NCBI GenBank assembly: GCA_043821645.1
Contig: JBDRCO010000118.1
Coordinates: 64,001 to 128,000 of the forward strand
Length of the DNA stretch: 64,000 bases
Origin: Pseudomonadota bacterium
Lineage (GTDB): Bacteria; Myxococcota; JACRCW01; JAFGSX01
Direction: 5' to 3'
Under the pieces are notes generated by a model. It was not told the DNA's origin. It saw only the letters and a program-made list of their open reading frames with translations, and did no database searches. Position numbers and translations under genes: made by a program. This document shows, piece by piece, positions 9,399-20,259 of this stretch. Every line of letters starts with the position of its first letter. The stretch's first letter is position 1.

Positions 9399-10378
9399 GG
9401 CGCGCCCTCCATCGTCGAAGGCTGCGTCATGGCGCCGCCCGTGTCCTCGACCACGGCGTGGCTGCGCAGCGACGCTGGAAGGCCCCGGCCACGCCACCGC
9501 GCAGGTCGCAGGGGGCTGAAGCCGAAGCGCTCGAACAGCTTCTGTCCCTCGTCGGAGAGCAGCTCGTCCAGCAGCAGCAACGCCGCCTCGGGGTGTGGAG
9601 CCTGCGTCGGCACGGTGAGGCCATAGCGCACGGCCGAGCCGCTCAGGGTGCGCCCCGCGCCGTCGAGCTGCACCTGGGCACGCGCGCGGCCATAGGCCGG
9701 ATCCCGTCCGGGGTTACCGAGGTTCACCTCGGGCGGCAGCCGCACGAACTTGAGATGGTGGGTCAGTGCCGTCGAGCGATACACGAAGGCGTAGTCGATG
9801 GCGCGCGCCCCGAGCAGGCTGACCAGCTCTCCTTCGTCGGGAACCAGGTTCTCCGGCGGCACCCGCGCGCGCAGACGCGCTTCGAGATCGGGAGCCGCCC
9901 CCTTTCCCAGCAGCGCTGTGAGCTGCCACACGAACAGGGTGTTGTAGCCCAGCGGCGCGGTATCCGGGTTGGCCCGCGCCAGGCGTACGTCGTCACCGAG
10001 CAGAATGGCGGGCCAGTTGTCCGCAGTGATCTCGGCGGTGTGGCGGCTGTGGTCGCGGTGTGCCAGCACGATCTCGTTGGTCGCGAAGGTGATCACCCAC
10101 GCCGCGTGCTCGGGCAACAACATGCTGTCCAGGACCTGATCATCGGCGGTCATCACCAGATCCGGGCGCCCGCCCAGCTCGCTCACCTTGCGCGCCGCCA
10201 CCAGCGAGCCCGAGGGCTCAAGCCGCAGGCGCCACCCCGGGTGACGACGGGAATATGCCTCGCCAAAACTGGACAGCACGGGTGACAGGCTGGCGGCGTG
10301 AAACACCACCACCTCGCCGGGGCGGGAGCAGGCACCGGCAACGAGCACCGCACACAGACTCAGCAGAAGAAGGCGCAC
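9395..10378 (-). CDS. wtpA: Tungstate/molybdate-binding lipoprotein (WtpA type)
   Basis: Lipobox LVAGA-C. VFHAASL, EPSGSLVAARKVSELG, ANPDTAPLGY, DYAFVYRS, LPPEVNLG and YGLTVP match the WtpA family. Confidence 0.85.
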   Translation of the reverse strand: MRLLLLSLCAVLVAGACSRPGEVVVFHAASLSPVLSSFGEAYSRRHPGWRLRLEPSGSLVAARKVSELGGRPDLVMTADDQVLDSMLLPEHAAWVITFATNEIVLAHRDHSRHTAEITADNWPAILLGDDVRLARANPDTAPLGYNTLFVWQLTALLGKGAAPDLEARLRARVPPENLVPDEGELVSLLGARAIDYAFVYRSTALTHHLKFVRLPPEVNLGNPGRDPAYGRARAQVQLDGAGRTLSGSAVRYGLTVPTQAPHPEAALLLLDELLSDEGQKLFERFGFSPLRPARWRGRGLPASLRSHAVVEDTGGAMTQPSTMEGAP

Positions 10379-10531
10379 GGACAGAGCCTAGCGCACTTTG
10401 CCAGCCGGGTCCCCGGCCTCGACGAGCGCCCTCGCGGGCAGGCGCGCGCTGCTGGCACTGGAACAACCCTCTATCGAATGCTACGAGCGACTCTTCCATG
10501 GGCTCACCAGCCCCTGACCTCGAGGATGCGC

Positions 10532-12181
10532 ATGACCGGTCACCGCTGTCTTCTGTTGCTGTGCCTGAACCTGCTGGCCTGCCCGGATCCAGGACAGGTG
10601 CCGGACGTGGGCGCTCCCGCCGACGTGTTCAACTTCGACGCCACCAGCGTGGATGGCGCCGTGGCCGACGCCCCGCGCGTGGACAGCGCGCTCGCGGATG
10701 CCACCGGCAGCCCTGACCTCGCCGTCACCGCGGATGCCGCGGGCGGGGACGCGCGGGTGCCCGATGCCGGACAGCTCGACGCGGTCACCGGCGACACGGG
10801 CCACACCGTCGTCGACAGCGGCCTGCCTCCCCAGGGTGACAACATCCTGGTCAACGGCTCCTTCGAGCAATGGAGCAACGCCCTGCCCGTGGGCTGGTAC
10901 GGCGCCGAGAGCAACCTGGACAGCGCCGCGGTGGTCGAGGATCTGAGCGCCGCTCACGACGGGATCCGCGCCTGCCAGCTGATCAACACCGGCAGCACGC
11001 ACCGCCGCTTCACCACCGCCGCCACGACCTGGCCCGCCGGCGACTACCACTGCTCGTACTGGGTACGCGGCACAGGCGAGATCCGCAACGCCCGCTACAC
11101 CGGCAGCTACTCGAGCTACAGCAGCTACACCAGCATCGACGCCGACACCTGGACCGAACTCAGCTACAGCTTCCGCGTGCTGCAGGAGGTGGTCGACGTG
11201 TTCGAACTCGTGTTCTCGGTGCGCAACACCGACGCGGCGCGCGGGCACATCCACATCGACGACGTGCGCTGCACCCGCAGCATCGAGCCCTGCGACGGCA
11301 TCGTGTGCGAGAGCTGGCAGAGCTGCGACAACAGCGTGCCCGGCTGCGTCACCGCCAGTGGCTTCTGCGCTGACGAGACCGAGTGCCTGGACTGGCAGGA
11401 CTGCGGCGGTGATCACCTGTGCGCGACGGCGACGGATCGCTGCGCCGGCACGATCGACTGCAACGAGCCCACACCCGTGTGCGACCTGCCCAGCCACAGC
11501 TGCGTGGCCGGCGATCCCTGCGCCGGGGTCACCTGCGACGCCTGGAAGCAGTGCAACCCGGCCGACGCCCTGTGCGTGCTCAAGCCCGATCGCTGCATGA
11601 CCACCGCCGACTGCGTGCAGAGCCTGCCTGTGTGCGACGTCACCACCCACAGCTGTGTGGCCGTGGACAGCGCTGTCAACGTGGTGCCCAACGGCGGCTT
11701 CGAGGACTGGGAGGACGTGTGGCTGGGCGGCCCCAGCACCACCACCTTTCACCTGCCCGTGTCCTGGTACGGCGTGTGCAATAACTGCTCGCCCTACTAT
11801 CCGACGACACAGATCGCAGCCAGCGACGTGCGCGCCTACAGCGCCAGCGTGCACGGCGGCAGCCAGGCCTGCCAGCTGGTCAAGACCGGCATGCCCGGCG
11901 ATCGCTTCGACAGCGAGCCCTTCGCGGTGACACCCGGCGTGACCTACTCCTGCGCCTACTGGGTGCGCGGCCAGGGCTCGCACCGCCAGCGCGCCTACTG
12001 CGGCGCCACGGCACCGGACACGCAGTACCTCAGCGTGGATAGCGACACCTGGCAGCCGGTGACCTTCGAGATCAACAGCAACAGCGCCTGGTGCGTGCTC
12101 ATCTTCTACGCCAGCAGCACCGACGCCGCGCGGGACCACGTGCAGCTCGACGACGTGGTGTGCTCGCGCAAGTTTCCGTGA
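10532..12181 (+). CDS. Lipoprotein with two carbohydrate-binding-module-like (CBM4/9-like) domains and a Cys-rich spacer
   Basis: Lipobox LLA-C. Two homologous domains begin NILVNGSFEQW and NVVPNGGFEDW; both contain ACQL, YWVRG and TDAAR.H...DDV.C. Confidence 0.75.
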   Translation: MTGHRCLLLLCLNLLACPDPGQVPDVGAPADVFNFDATSVDGAVADAPRVDSALADATGSPDLAVTADAAGGDARVPDAGQLDAVTGDTGHTVVDSGLPPQGDNILVNGSFEQWSNALPVGWYGAESNLDSAAVVEDLSAAHDGIRACQLINTGSTHRRFTTAATTWPAGDYHCSYWVRGTGEIRNARYTGSYSSYSSYTSIDADTWTELSYSFRVLQEVVDVFELVFSVRNTDAARGHIHIDDVRCTRSIEPCDGIVCESWQSCDNSVPGCVTASGFCADETECLDWQDCGGDHLCATATDRCAGTIDCNEPTPVCDLPSHSCVAGDPCAGVTCDAWKQCNPADALCVLKPDRCMTTADCVQSLPVCDVTTHSCVAVDSAVNVVPNGGFEDWEDVWLGGPSTTTFHLPVSWYGVCNNCSPYYPTTQIAASDVRAYSASVHGGSQACQLVKTGMPGDRFDSEPFAVTPGVTYSCAYWVRGQGSHRQRAYCGATAPDTQYLSVDSDTWQPVTFEINSNSAWCVLIFYASSTDAARDHVQLDDVVCSRKFP

Positions 12182-12214
12182 ACGCACCTCACTCGCTCGC
12201 CCGGGAACCCCCGC

Positions 12215-15200
12215 CTACAGCTTGGCGCTGAGCAGCAACCGCGGCCGGATCTCGCGCACCGGCGTGCAGGGCTCGGCCAGGCACTCGGCGTGGCGGTAGG
12301 CCACGTCGCCGTCGAGGTAGAGGTTGTCACCGAGCTTCCAGATCGCCCCCAGCGAGACCTCGAAGCCCACGGACTGCACGGCGCCCTCGCCCTGGCCAAA
12401 CATGTAGAAAACGCGATCGCGCTGCAGCAAGAACAACGAGCTGTCGGCGCCCTGCCACAGCAGCCTGAGTTCGAGCTCGGGGGTGAGCTGGTGCTGACGG
12501 AAGTCGAGTTCGAGGGCGCGCAGGCTCACCGGATCGAGCTGGACCAGGTCGCGGGTCTCCGCCACCGCGTAGGTGGTCTTGAGCTTGGTCGCGAACATCG
12601 TGCTCCAGCGCATGAGCCACTCGAGTCCGGCCTCGACCCCGAGCAGCTCGCCAAAGTCGCGTGCCGTGGGCGCCAGATCGAGGTCGTTGCGGGTGCGCTC
12701 GAGCACCAGGTCCCAGCGCACAGTCACGGGCGAGGTGTACACGGGCCGGTACACGGCGCGGTTGCGCAGCTCGAGCCGGTGCCGCTGGTCGAGCTGATCC
12801 GCCTGCTGCAACGCCACCTCGTACAGCTGGTACAGCTCCAGCTCGAAGCGGCCCAGGCCGTTGTAGGCCATGCGGTTGTCGACCCGATGCAGGTTGTTGA
12901 GGCTGCTGCGCAGGCCGCTGGTTGCGCGCTCGTCGTGGCCCAGGGCGTAACGCGTATCGAGGACGACGGGCGTCAACGGCGAGAACCACTCGCCCGGAAA
13001 AACGCCCAGGCGCGCCGACACGCTGCCCTGGGAACTGCGCTCGCTGTCTTCCGTGTCGAGGTCGCGCAGGTCGTCGTACAGCACCGCGTAGTTGAGCTGC
13101 GGGATGAGCCCGGGCACGAAGGCCGAGCGCGCTCCGGCATTGAGCTCCCAGTGGTAGGCAGCCAGCTCGAAGGGCTGGCGGACCTCCCGCTGTGAGCGCG
13201 CGGCCCGCGAGCGGAACAGGGCGTAGCCGCTCTCGGTACCCGTGGGCGCCAGCTTGGCCTCGAGGCGACTTGTTTCCACGCGATCGTCCGCGGGTGTCTG
13301 GCAGTTCCCATCGGCGCCCGCAAGCGCCTCGGTGCTGGAGAGAGCGCGGCGGCAATCGAGCTCGCGATCCGCCTCGCTGTAGCCGTACAGACCGCGCAGC
13401 AAGAAGCGCTTCATGTTGAGGAAAGACAGCAGCCCGGTGGCCAGGTCGTACTCGGTCTGGGCCACCGCGCGCAGACGGCGCGTGTTCGCACCCTGGCCGT
13501 CGTCGAGGCGGCTGTGGCCAAGCTGCAAGGTGGTGGCAGGCAAGGCCTCGTGGGCGAGCTGCACGCGGCCGATCAGATGCTCCACCGCGGCGGTCTGGGC
13601 CCCGTCGTCAAGGCGCGAGATCTGGCGGCTGTAAAACAGCGAGGTGGGTAGCCAGCGCGCCGGATAGGCGGTGGCGTTCAGGCGCTCCTCGTCGTGCAGG
13701 CGGCCGTACAGGGTGCGGTCGCTCATCACCGGCGCGAAGTCCTCGCTCTGGTAGCGTCCCTGGGCGCTGCCCTCGACATAGGGGTGGCTCAGGCGCACCC
13801 GGCCCAGCGCCGCCCAGCCCGGATTCCGCGTTCGTGTCAGGTCCTGGCTGGCCGCAGCCTCGCCGGAGGCCACCACCTGGCCGCGCTGGCCCAGGCTGCG
13901 CTCCAGGCGCCCATCCACGGCGCTCTGCCACAGCCGCCGCGGTGTGGCGTCGAGCGTGGGGTCCTCGAGTCCCTGCAGCGTCAGGGCGCGGGCGCCGAGC
14001 TCGACCCCGTCGACAGGACGCAGGGCCAACCGACTCTGCACGATGAGCTCGCGCAGGGCATCGACCTCGTGGGCTCCCGCCTTTTCACCGCGCTCCACCA
14101 CCTGCAGGGCGAACAGCTTGATGGATTGCTTGGCGGCGTCGGTCTTGTCGTCGATGGACAGCTCGACGTAGTAGCTCTGGCTCAGCGCCTTGACCGCGTA
14201 GCTGGAGGCCAGCCCCACGTCGAGCACCATGTCCGGACGCTCGGCCACGGGTTCGCGTGCCGGCGGCAGGTCGTAGTCGTACAGCTCGCGCGCGTTGTCG
14301 GCATCGCCCATGTCATGAATGGCCAGCGCCAGGGTGCGCGAGGCCTGCCGATATTCGGCGTAGACGCTGCGCACCCAGCCGCGGTCGATGTACTTGGGCG
14401 CCGCGCCGTCGATCTGGGCGTACAGCCCGGTCTCCTCGTTGACCAGGGTCGGCTGGCCCGAGCGCACCCAGCCGCCGACCTCGCGATCCGCGGGCACCAG
14501 ATCCAGGATGGACACCACCCCCAGTCCCTTCTTGGGCACCAGGTCCACCTCGTACTCGACCTCGATCACGCTCAGGTCGTCGACCCGTTCCGGATCCAGG
14601 AAGGCGAGCTGCCCCGCGGGATAGATCAGGGTGTAGTCGGTGCCGGCGATGAGCAGCTCACCGTCGACGTAGACGCGCTCGCTCAGAGGGATGACGTAGG
14701 TGTTGCTGAGGCTGTAGATCTCCTGCCTCACACCCGTCAGCACCTCGCGCACGCTGAGGCCGCGGCTCAGGCCACCGTCCACCTCGACCTGCAGTGCCTT
14801 GGAGCGAGCCTCCAGCCGCGCGCCACCGCCCTCGACGGTGAAGGGCCGCTCCAGGCCCTCCTCGATGCCCTGCACCCTGTGCATGTCATCGATCTGCACC
14901 TCGCGCAGCAGCTCGCCCGGCGCCGCCAGATACTCGCCGTGAAAGCTGCGATCGCGAATGCCGGGTAGCTCCAGCTCGCCGTAGTCCAGGTTGGCGGAGA
15001 GGTCGAGAGCCCGACCTTGCGGGCCCTGGTAGCCAAGCCCCGCTCCCGCCGTCAGGGTGGCAAAGCGCTCGTCGCCCAGCTCGGGCACGGTCAGGTCCGC
15101 GGGCATCTCAGCGTCGAAGCTGCTCTGCAGCTGCCAGGTGACGCGGTGCGCATCCTCCTCGGCCTGGCCCTCGGTGACCTCGAGAGAACGCGACAGCCAC

Positions 15201-16231
15201 AGGTCACGCTGGATGTCGTAGACCTCGGCCCCATCCTCGAACAGCAGCAGCAGGCGACCGCCATTGAGCACCGTTCCAAGGGCACCTGCCTCGCGCGCCA
15301 GGCCATCGGCGGCAGTGAAGCGACGGATGGTGCGCTTGTCCTTGTGCACCTGCACCAGCTCGCGGTCGGTGGCGATGAACAGGTAGTCGGTAAAAGTCTC
15401 GACGCCGACGATGCGGCGACCTTCGAGGGCGCTTTGCTGTACGAAGGGCACCAGGGTGTCGCTGGCCGTCTCGAAGGATACCAGGCCGTTCTCGTGACCT
15501 ATCCAGATGCGCTCGCCATCAGGGACAAACACGCCCAGCTCGAGGCCCCCGAGCTCGTCGTGGCTCAGGTTGGTGAACTGCCGCGTGGCCACGCGATAAC
15601 GGCTGAGGCCCTGATCCGTGACCGCCCACAGATCATCCCCGAAGCGGAACAGCTCGAGCACCTCGTCGCCACCCAGCCCCTGTTCTGCACCGTAGGGCCG
15701 CAGTCCGTCGACGTCGGGATCGTACACGGCGAGACCGGCGCGGGTGGCCACCCACACCTGGCGACCCACCAGCAGCAGATCGTTAACCGCCCGGTGCGGC
15801 AGTCCCTCGGCCTCGCCGTAAACGCGCAGGCTGCGGTCCACCTTGCGGTAGCGCACCAGGCCCTTGTTGGTGCCGAACCACACGTACGCGTCGTCGACCA
15901 CCACGCTGGACACCGCCTGGCTGGGCAGCCCCTCGTCCATGCTCAGGGTGCCGGCACGACGGCTCTCGCTCTCGAAGCGCACCACGCCGTCATCGGTGGC
16001 GATCCAGATGGTGCGACCATCGGCAGCCAGAGCATTGACCTGATCTGGCGCCGCGAACACGCTGAAGCGATCCCGGGCCTGGTGCACGAAACGATCGCCG
16101 GCGCCCAGCCACACACCCTCGCGGGCATCGAGGGCGAACTCGGGCATGCGCGCTGCGACCGCCGGCGCAAGCAGCAGCGCGGCGCACAGCGAGCTCAGGG
16201 ACGACGCACGGGTCAGGTATCGGTATGGCAC
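12215..16231 (-). CDS. Large secreted/outer-membrane protein: N-terminal beta-propeller, SprA-like Ig segment, probable C-terminal beta-barrel
   Basis: Signal peptide; GLP...V....VW.GT..GL propeller repeats; SERVYVDGELLIAGTDYTLIYPAGQL; alternating beta-strand pattern through to the C-terminus. Confidence 0.7.
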   Translation of the reverse strand: MPYRYLTRASSLSSLCAALLLAPAVAARMPEFALDAREGVWLGAGDRFVHQARDRFSVFAAPDQVNALAADGRTIWIATDDGVVRFESESRRAGTLSMDEGLPSQAVSSVVVDDAYVWFGTNKGLVRYRKVDRSLRVYGEAEGLPHRAVNDLLLVGRQVWVATRAGLAVYDPDVDGLRPYGAEQGLGGDEVLELFRFGDDLWAVTDQGLSRYRVATRQFTNLSHDELGGLELGVFVPDGERIWIGHENGLVSFETASDTLVPFVQQSALEGRRIVGVETFTDYLFIATDRELVQVHKDKRTIRRFTAADGLAREAGALGTVLNGGRLLLLFEDGAEVYDIQRDLWLSRSLEVTEGQAEEDAHRVTWQLQSSFDAEMPADLTVPELGDERFATLTAGAGLGYQGPQGRALDLSANLDYGELELPGIRDRSFHGEYLAAPGELLREVQIDDMHRVQGIEEGLERPFTVEGGGARLEARSKALQVEVDGGLSRGLSVREVLTGVRQEIYSLSNTYVIPLSERVYVDGELLIAGTDYTLIYPAGQLAFLDPERVDDLSVIEVEYEVDLVPKKGLGVVSILDLVPADREVGGWVRSGQPTLVNEETGLYAQIDGAAPKYIDRGWVRSVYAEYRQASRTLALAIHDMGDADNARELYDYDLPPAREPVAERPDMVLDVGLASSYAVKALSQSYYVELSIDDKTDAAKQSIKLFALQVVERGEKAGAHEVDALRELIVQSRLALRPVDGVELGARALTLQGLEDPTLDATPRRLWQSAVDGRLERSLGQRGQVVASGEAAASQDLTRTRNPGWAALGRVRLSHPYVEGSAQGRYQSEDFAPVMSDRTLYGRLHDEERLNATAYPARWLPTSLFYSRQISRLDDGAQTAAVEHLIGRVQLAHEALPATTLQLGHSRLDDGQGANTRRLRAVAQTEYDLATGLLSFLNMKRFLLRGLYGYSEADRELDCRRALSSTEALAGADGNCQTPADDRVETSRLEAKLAPTGTESGYALFRSRAARSQREVRQPFELAAYHWELNAGARSAFVPGLIPQLNYAVLYDDLRDLDTEDSERSSQGSVSARLGVFPGEWFSPLTPVVLDTRYALGHDERATSGLRSSLNNLHRVDNRMAYNGLGRFELELYQLYEVALQQADQLDQRHRLELRNRAVYRPVYTSPVTVRWDLVLERTRNDLDLAPTARDFGELLGVEAGLEWLMRWSTMFATKLKTTYAVAETRDLVQLDPVSLRALELDFRQHQLTPELELRLLWQGADSSLFLLQRDRVFYMFGQGEGAVQSVGFEVSLGAIWKLGDNLYLDGDVAYRHAECLAEPCTPVREIRPRLLLSAKL

Positions 16232-16250
16232 GTCGCCATTCTACGTGCGG

Positions 16251-17927
16251 CTAGGGGCGGGTTCCAGATCCTCTCGGTGCCGATGTTCCCTCGACAGCGG
16301 CCCGCACCACCTCGCGCAGCGTGGCGAGCTGGAAGGGTTTCTGCAAGAAGCCCGCGAGCCCCTTGCCGGTGAAGTGCCGCGTGGCGTCCTGCTCGTTGTA
16401 ACCGCTGACCAGGATCACCGGAGCCGGGCAGCTCCGGGCGCGCAGCTCCCGAAAGGTCTCCTCGCCATTGAGCCTGGGCATGGTCATGTCGAGGACGATC
16501 AGGGTGATGCGATCGCGAAGCGCGTCGAAGAGCTGCAAGGCGCGCTCGCCGTCCTCGGCCTGCTGCACCTCGTAGCCCAAGCGTCTGAGCATGCGCTCAC
16601 CCACCTCGCGCACCATGGGCTCGTCGTCCACCAGCAAGCACAGACCTGTGCCGCGCCAGACCTCGTCGTGGACCTGCGCGATCTGGTGGCGCACCTGCTG
16701 GTCGCTCGCCGGCAACAGGATCTTGAAGCTGCTGCCCTGGCCGGGCTCGGAGTAAACCTTGATGGTGCCGCGGTGTCCGCGCACGATGCCGAGCACCGCA
16801 GCCAGGCCGAGGCCTCGACCCGTGAACTTGGTGGTGAAGAAGGGGTCAAAGAGCCGCTGTCGCGTCGCGGCGTCCATGCCGACCCCACTGTCGGACACCT
16901 CGAGGAACACGTAGCGGCCCGCCGGTAGAGCTTCATTGAGCGCGATGCTGCGCAGGTAGCTCTCGTCGCAGTCCATGACGCCGGTGGCCAGGGTGATGGC
17001 ACCGTTGCGATCGCCAACCGCCTCGGAGGCATTGATGATGAGGTTGAGCACCACCTGCCGCAGCTGGGTTGCATCGGCCTCGACCGCGGGGAGCTCCTCT
17101 TTGAGCTCGTAGCGCAGCGCTACCTTGCGCGCGATGCTGACGCGCAGGATCTGCCCCATGCGCTGCACCAGGTCACTCAGGTCCACGGGTTCGACGACGA
17201 AGCGCCCCTTGCCGGCGTAGGCCAGCAGCTGGCGACACAGCTCGGTGGCGCGCTGGGCGCTCTCACGCAGGGGCTCCAGGGCCTCGCGCGCGGGGTGGCG
17301 ATCGGGAATGTCCAGCAAGGCCAGATCCGCGCCTCCCAGGATCCCGCACAGCAGATTGTTGAAGTCGTGGGCGATGCCACCCGCGAGCATGCCCAGGCTC
17401 TCGAGCTTCTGCGCCTGCTGCAGCTTGGCCTCGAGGACCCGATGCTCGGCCTCGGCGCGCTTGCGCTCGGTGATGTCCAGAAACTGCGTGGCCATGCGCC
17501 CGGGTACAATCTGAAAGGCGTAGACCTCGTAGGCACCCGTGATGTGTTGATCTTCGTACACGATGTTCTCGGTGGACCAGCGTGTGCCATCCCGCGCTGC
17601 AGCGCGGTAACGCTCGGGCACTTCGGTGCCGCGCAGCGACGGAAAGGCCTCCTCGATGTCGAGACCGACGAACTGGGCGTGATCCACCCCGAGGATGCGA
17701 TCCGCCGCGGCGTTGGCGCCACTGAAGATCAGCCGGTTGTCGTCGTGCAGGGCGTACAGGTGCAGCCCCATGGGCGAGGCCTCGAGCACGCTGCGCAGGT
17801 GCGCCTCGCTGACACTCCCGGGCAGGCCCGAGTCCTCCCCAAGGACGGCGTGGAGCTGGTCGAGCTCGTCTTGCAGCCGGGCGACGCGCGACACCAGGTC
17901 CGGGTGTTGGTCTTTCGGGACAGTCAC
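16251..17927 (-). CDS. Cytoplasmic hybrid sensor histidine kinase (PAS-HisKA-HATPase-REC)
   Basis: LAGGIAHDFNNLL H-box; QVVLNLIINA; DSGVGMD; FFTTKFTGRGLGL; receiver LVDDE...LDMTMP...KPF. Confidence 0.95.
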   Translation of the reverse strand: MTVPKDQHPDLVSRVARLQDELDQLHAVLGEDSGLPGSVSEAHLRSVLEASPMGLHLYALHDDNRLIFSGANAAADRILGVDHAQFVGLDIEEAFPSLRGTEVPERYRAAARDGTRWSTENIVYEDQHITGAYEVYAFQIVPGRMATQFLDITERKRAEAEHRVLEAKLQQAQKLESLGMLAGGIAHDFNNLLCGILGGADLALLDIPDRHPAREALEPLRESAQRATELCRQLLAYAGKGRFVVEPVDLSDLVQRMGQILRVSIARKVALRYELKEELPAVEADATQLRQVVLNLIINASEAVGDRNGAITLATGVMDCDESYLRSIALNEALPAGRYVFLEVSDSGVGMDAATRQRLFDPFFTTKFTGRGLGLAAVLGIVRGHRGTIKVYSEPGQGSSFKILLPASDQQVRHQIAQVHDEVWRGTGLCLLVDDEPMVREVGERMLRRLGYEVQQAEDGERALQLFDALRDRITLIVLDMTMPRLNGEETFRELRARSCPAPVILVSGYNEQDATRHFTGKGLAGFLQKPFQLATLREVVRAAVEGTSAPRGSGTRP

Positions 17928-18072
17928 GAGCCCCCCAAGGCATCGTAGAACTCGACAGACCGGGGCAGCCTAGCGCGGCGCCCTGACACCATGCAAGGCC
18001 ACCTGGCGAGGGCGGAACGCGTCCAGCAGCTGTTGCCTCGACGCGGTCCTTTTGCGTCGCTACAATGCCGCC

Positions 18073-20259
18073 GTGGCACAGGACAGCGAGCAGTACAACG
18101 CCCCCATCCGCCCTGGCAGCCAGCTCGGACGCTTCGAGATCCTGCGCGCTTTGGGCAAGGGTGGCATGGGCGCCGTGTTCCTGGCCCGGGACACCCTGCT
18201 CGACGTGCCCGTGGCGCTCAAGGTGCTCAATCCCTCTCTCGCCGAGGGTGAAGGTCTGGAGCGCTTCCGGCGCGAGGTGCTGCTGGCGCGGCGGGTGACC
18301 CATCCCGGGGTCTGCCGCCTGTTCGACATGCACAGCGACAGCGGTGTGTTCTACCTGTCCATGGAATACATCGAGGGCCCGACCTTGCAGCAGGTCCTGC
18401 GCGAGGTGGGTCTGCTGCCCCCGGCCCTGGCCGTGTCCATGCTGCGCGCAGCCTGCCTGGCCATGGCCGCGGCCCACGGTCACGACGTGGTGCACCGGGA
18501 TCTCAAGCCCGGCAACATGATCGTTCGCGGTGCCGCGCGCGTCGCCATCCTGGACTTCGGCCTGTCCAAGGCCCGCGACACGCGCAACATCACCGCCGCG
18601 GGCTACCAGGTCGGTACCGTCCATTACATGTCGCCAGAAGTGGTGCGTGGCGAAGAGGCGGACAAGCGCAGCGACATCTACTCGCTGGGGGTGATGCTGT
18701 ACGAGTGCTTGACCGGACGCTTGCCCTTCGAGGGCAACAACATCCTCGATTTGCAGCTCAACATCGTCGACGGACGGGCCGTGCCGCCGCGGCAGTTCGT
18801 GCCCGGGCTCCCCGCAAACCTGGAGCAGATCATCCAGCAGGCCATGCAGCGCGATCCCGCGCAGCGCTTCACCACCTGCGACGCTTTGGAGCGCGCCCTG
18901 TCATCGCAGGATCTGGGCTCGCCCGAGCAGGCCTGGGCCTCGCTTGGCCACAGCACTATCCTGGCCAAGCTTCCTGGCGAGGAAACTTCGGTGGTGAGCT
19001 CCAGCCCGGACCTGGGCGCGGATCCCGAGGAGGCGCGCGCCACCGAGGCGCCTTCGGCCCCGCCACCCAGTGTCGCCGCGGCCGTGGCGTCGACACGCAG
19101 CTCGACCGCGGTGGACCCCGAAGAGAAGCGCTCCACCCTCGCCTCCTCGGAGCTGGCCATCCCGGTGCAGCGCAGCGGGTCATCCACGCTGCGCAGCCGG
19201 GCCGAGACCCTGCCGAGCGTGGATGAGGACGAGGATCCCGAGGCCACACGGCCGACCCTGATCGAGTCAGGGGTGTTCGCGGACCCGGCCGGCACGCTCA
19301 CACAGCCAGATCGCACCCGGCCACAGCTGCCCGGTTTCGCCCCACCCGCGTCCGCCTCACCGCAACCGGTGCTGCCTGCTGCCGCAGGTCCGCCATCACA
19401 GACCACAGAGCGCGTGCTGCGCCCCGGGGTACGTCTGCCGGAGGCCGCGTCGAACCGAAAATGGTTTGTGGCCAGTGCCGCGCTCATCGTCAGCGTGGGC
19501 GTGACGCTCGGCCTGGTGCTGGGGGACGGGGGCGGAACGCCCGCCCCGGTCGAAGCACCCACCGTCGTGGCCGAGGATCCTGCGATGATTGCCGAGCGAC
19601 CGCTGCCTGGACCGACGCCGTCGACCAACCAGCCCTCCCTGCCTCAGCGCCCCGAGATCACACCCGAGCCGAACCCTGATTCACCCCCCCGGGACAGCAC
19701 AGCGCCCACCAAACACGGCCAGACTCCTGCACCGCCGCGCCCTCTTCGAGGATCGCCGGACCCCGGTCACCAGCGACCACCAAAGCCCGAGCCCACGACG
19801 CCTCCGGTCTCGGACCTCGCGCCGCCGCTGGTGCCCGTGTCCGACGCTCCACCCCTCGCCATCGACGACGTGCAGAGCAAGGCTGCATCCCGACGAGATC
19901 GCATCCAGGACGTGCAGCGCACGGTGCGTGAGGCCCTGCACAGTCGCAGCATCCGGCGCGGCGACGACATTGCGCTGGACGGCGCGCTGCGCGAGCTGGA
20001 TGCCGCCATCGGTGCGGACAACCTCGACGCTGTCGCGCAAGCCGGCGATCGTGCGCTCAGGGCGCTGAAGGCGGTGGCGATCAACAAGAGATTCGTCGAC
20101 GCCAAGCTGGATCGCTACAACACGCGCATCGGGAACAGGTTAGAGGGCTGGCCAAACGCCTTGTCCGGGGCAATCATGGAGGCCATGGACGCACAGAACT
20201 ACGAGAAGGCGAACCGTCTCCTCAGCAAGGGCATGCAGAACCTGGACGAGGGACGATGA
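18073..20259 (+). CDS. Membrane Ser/Thr protein kinase (Hanks type)
   Basis: LGKGGMGAV, VALK, HRDLKPGN, DFG, YMSPE; Pro-rich linker; one TM helix. Start codon uncertain (18052-18073). Confidence 0.95.
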   Translation: MAQDSEQYNAPIRPGSQLGRFEILRALGKGGMGAVFLARDTLLDVPVALKVLNPSLAEGEGLERFRREVLLARRVTHPGVCRLFDMHSDSGVFYLSMEYIEGPTLQQVLREVGLLPPALAVSMLRAACLAMAAAHGHDVVHRDLKPGNMIVRGAARVAILDFGLSKARDTRNITAAGYQVGTVHYMSPEVVRGEEADKRSDIYSLGVMLYECLTGRLPFEGNNILDLQLNIVDGRAVPPRQFVPGLPANLEQIIQQAMQRDPAQRFTTCDALERALSSQDLGSPEQAWASLGHSTILAKLPGEETSVVSSSPDLGADPEEARATEAPSAPPPSVAAAVASTRSSTAVDPEEKRSTLASSELAIPVQRSGSSTLRSRAETLPSVDEDEDPEATRPTLIESGVFADPAGTLTQPDRTRPQLPGFAPPASASPQPVLPAAAGPPSQTTERVLRPGVRLPEAASNRKWFVASAALIVSVGVTLGLVLGDGGGTPAPVEAPTVVAEDPAMIAERPLPGPTPSTNQPSLPQRPEITPEPNPDSPPRDSTAPTKHGQTPAPPRPLRGSPDPGHQRPPKPEPTTPPVSDLAPPLVPVSDAPPLAIDDVQSKAASRRDRIQDVQRTVREALHSRSIRRGDDIALDGALRELDAAIGADNLDAVAQAGDRALRALKAVAINKRFVDAKLDRYNTRIGNRLEGWPNALSGAIMEAMDAQNYEKANRLLSKGMQNLDEGR

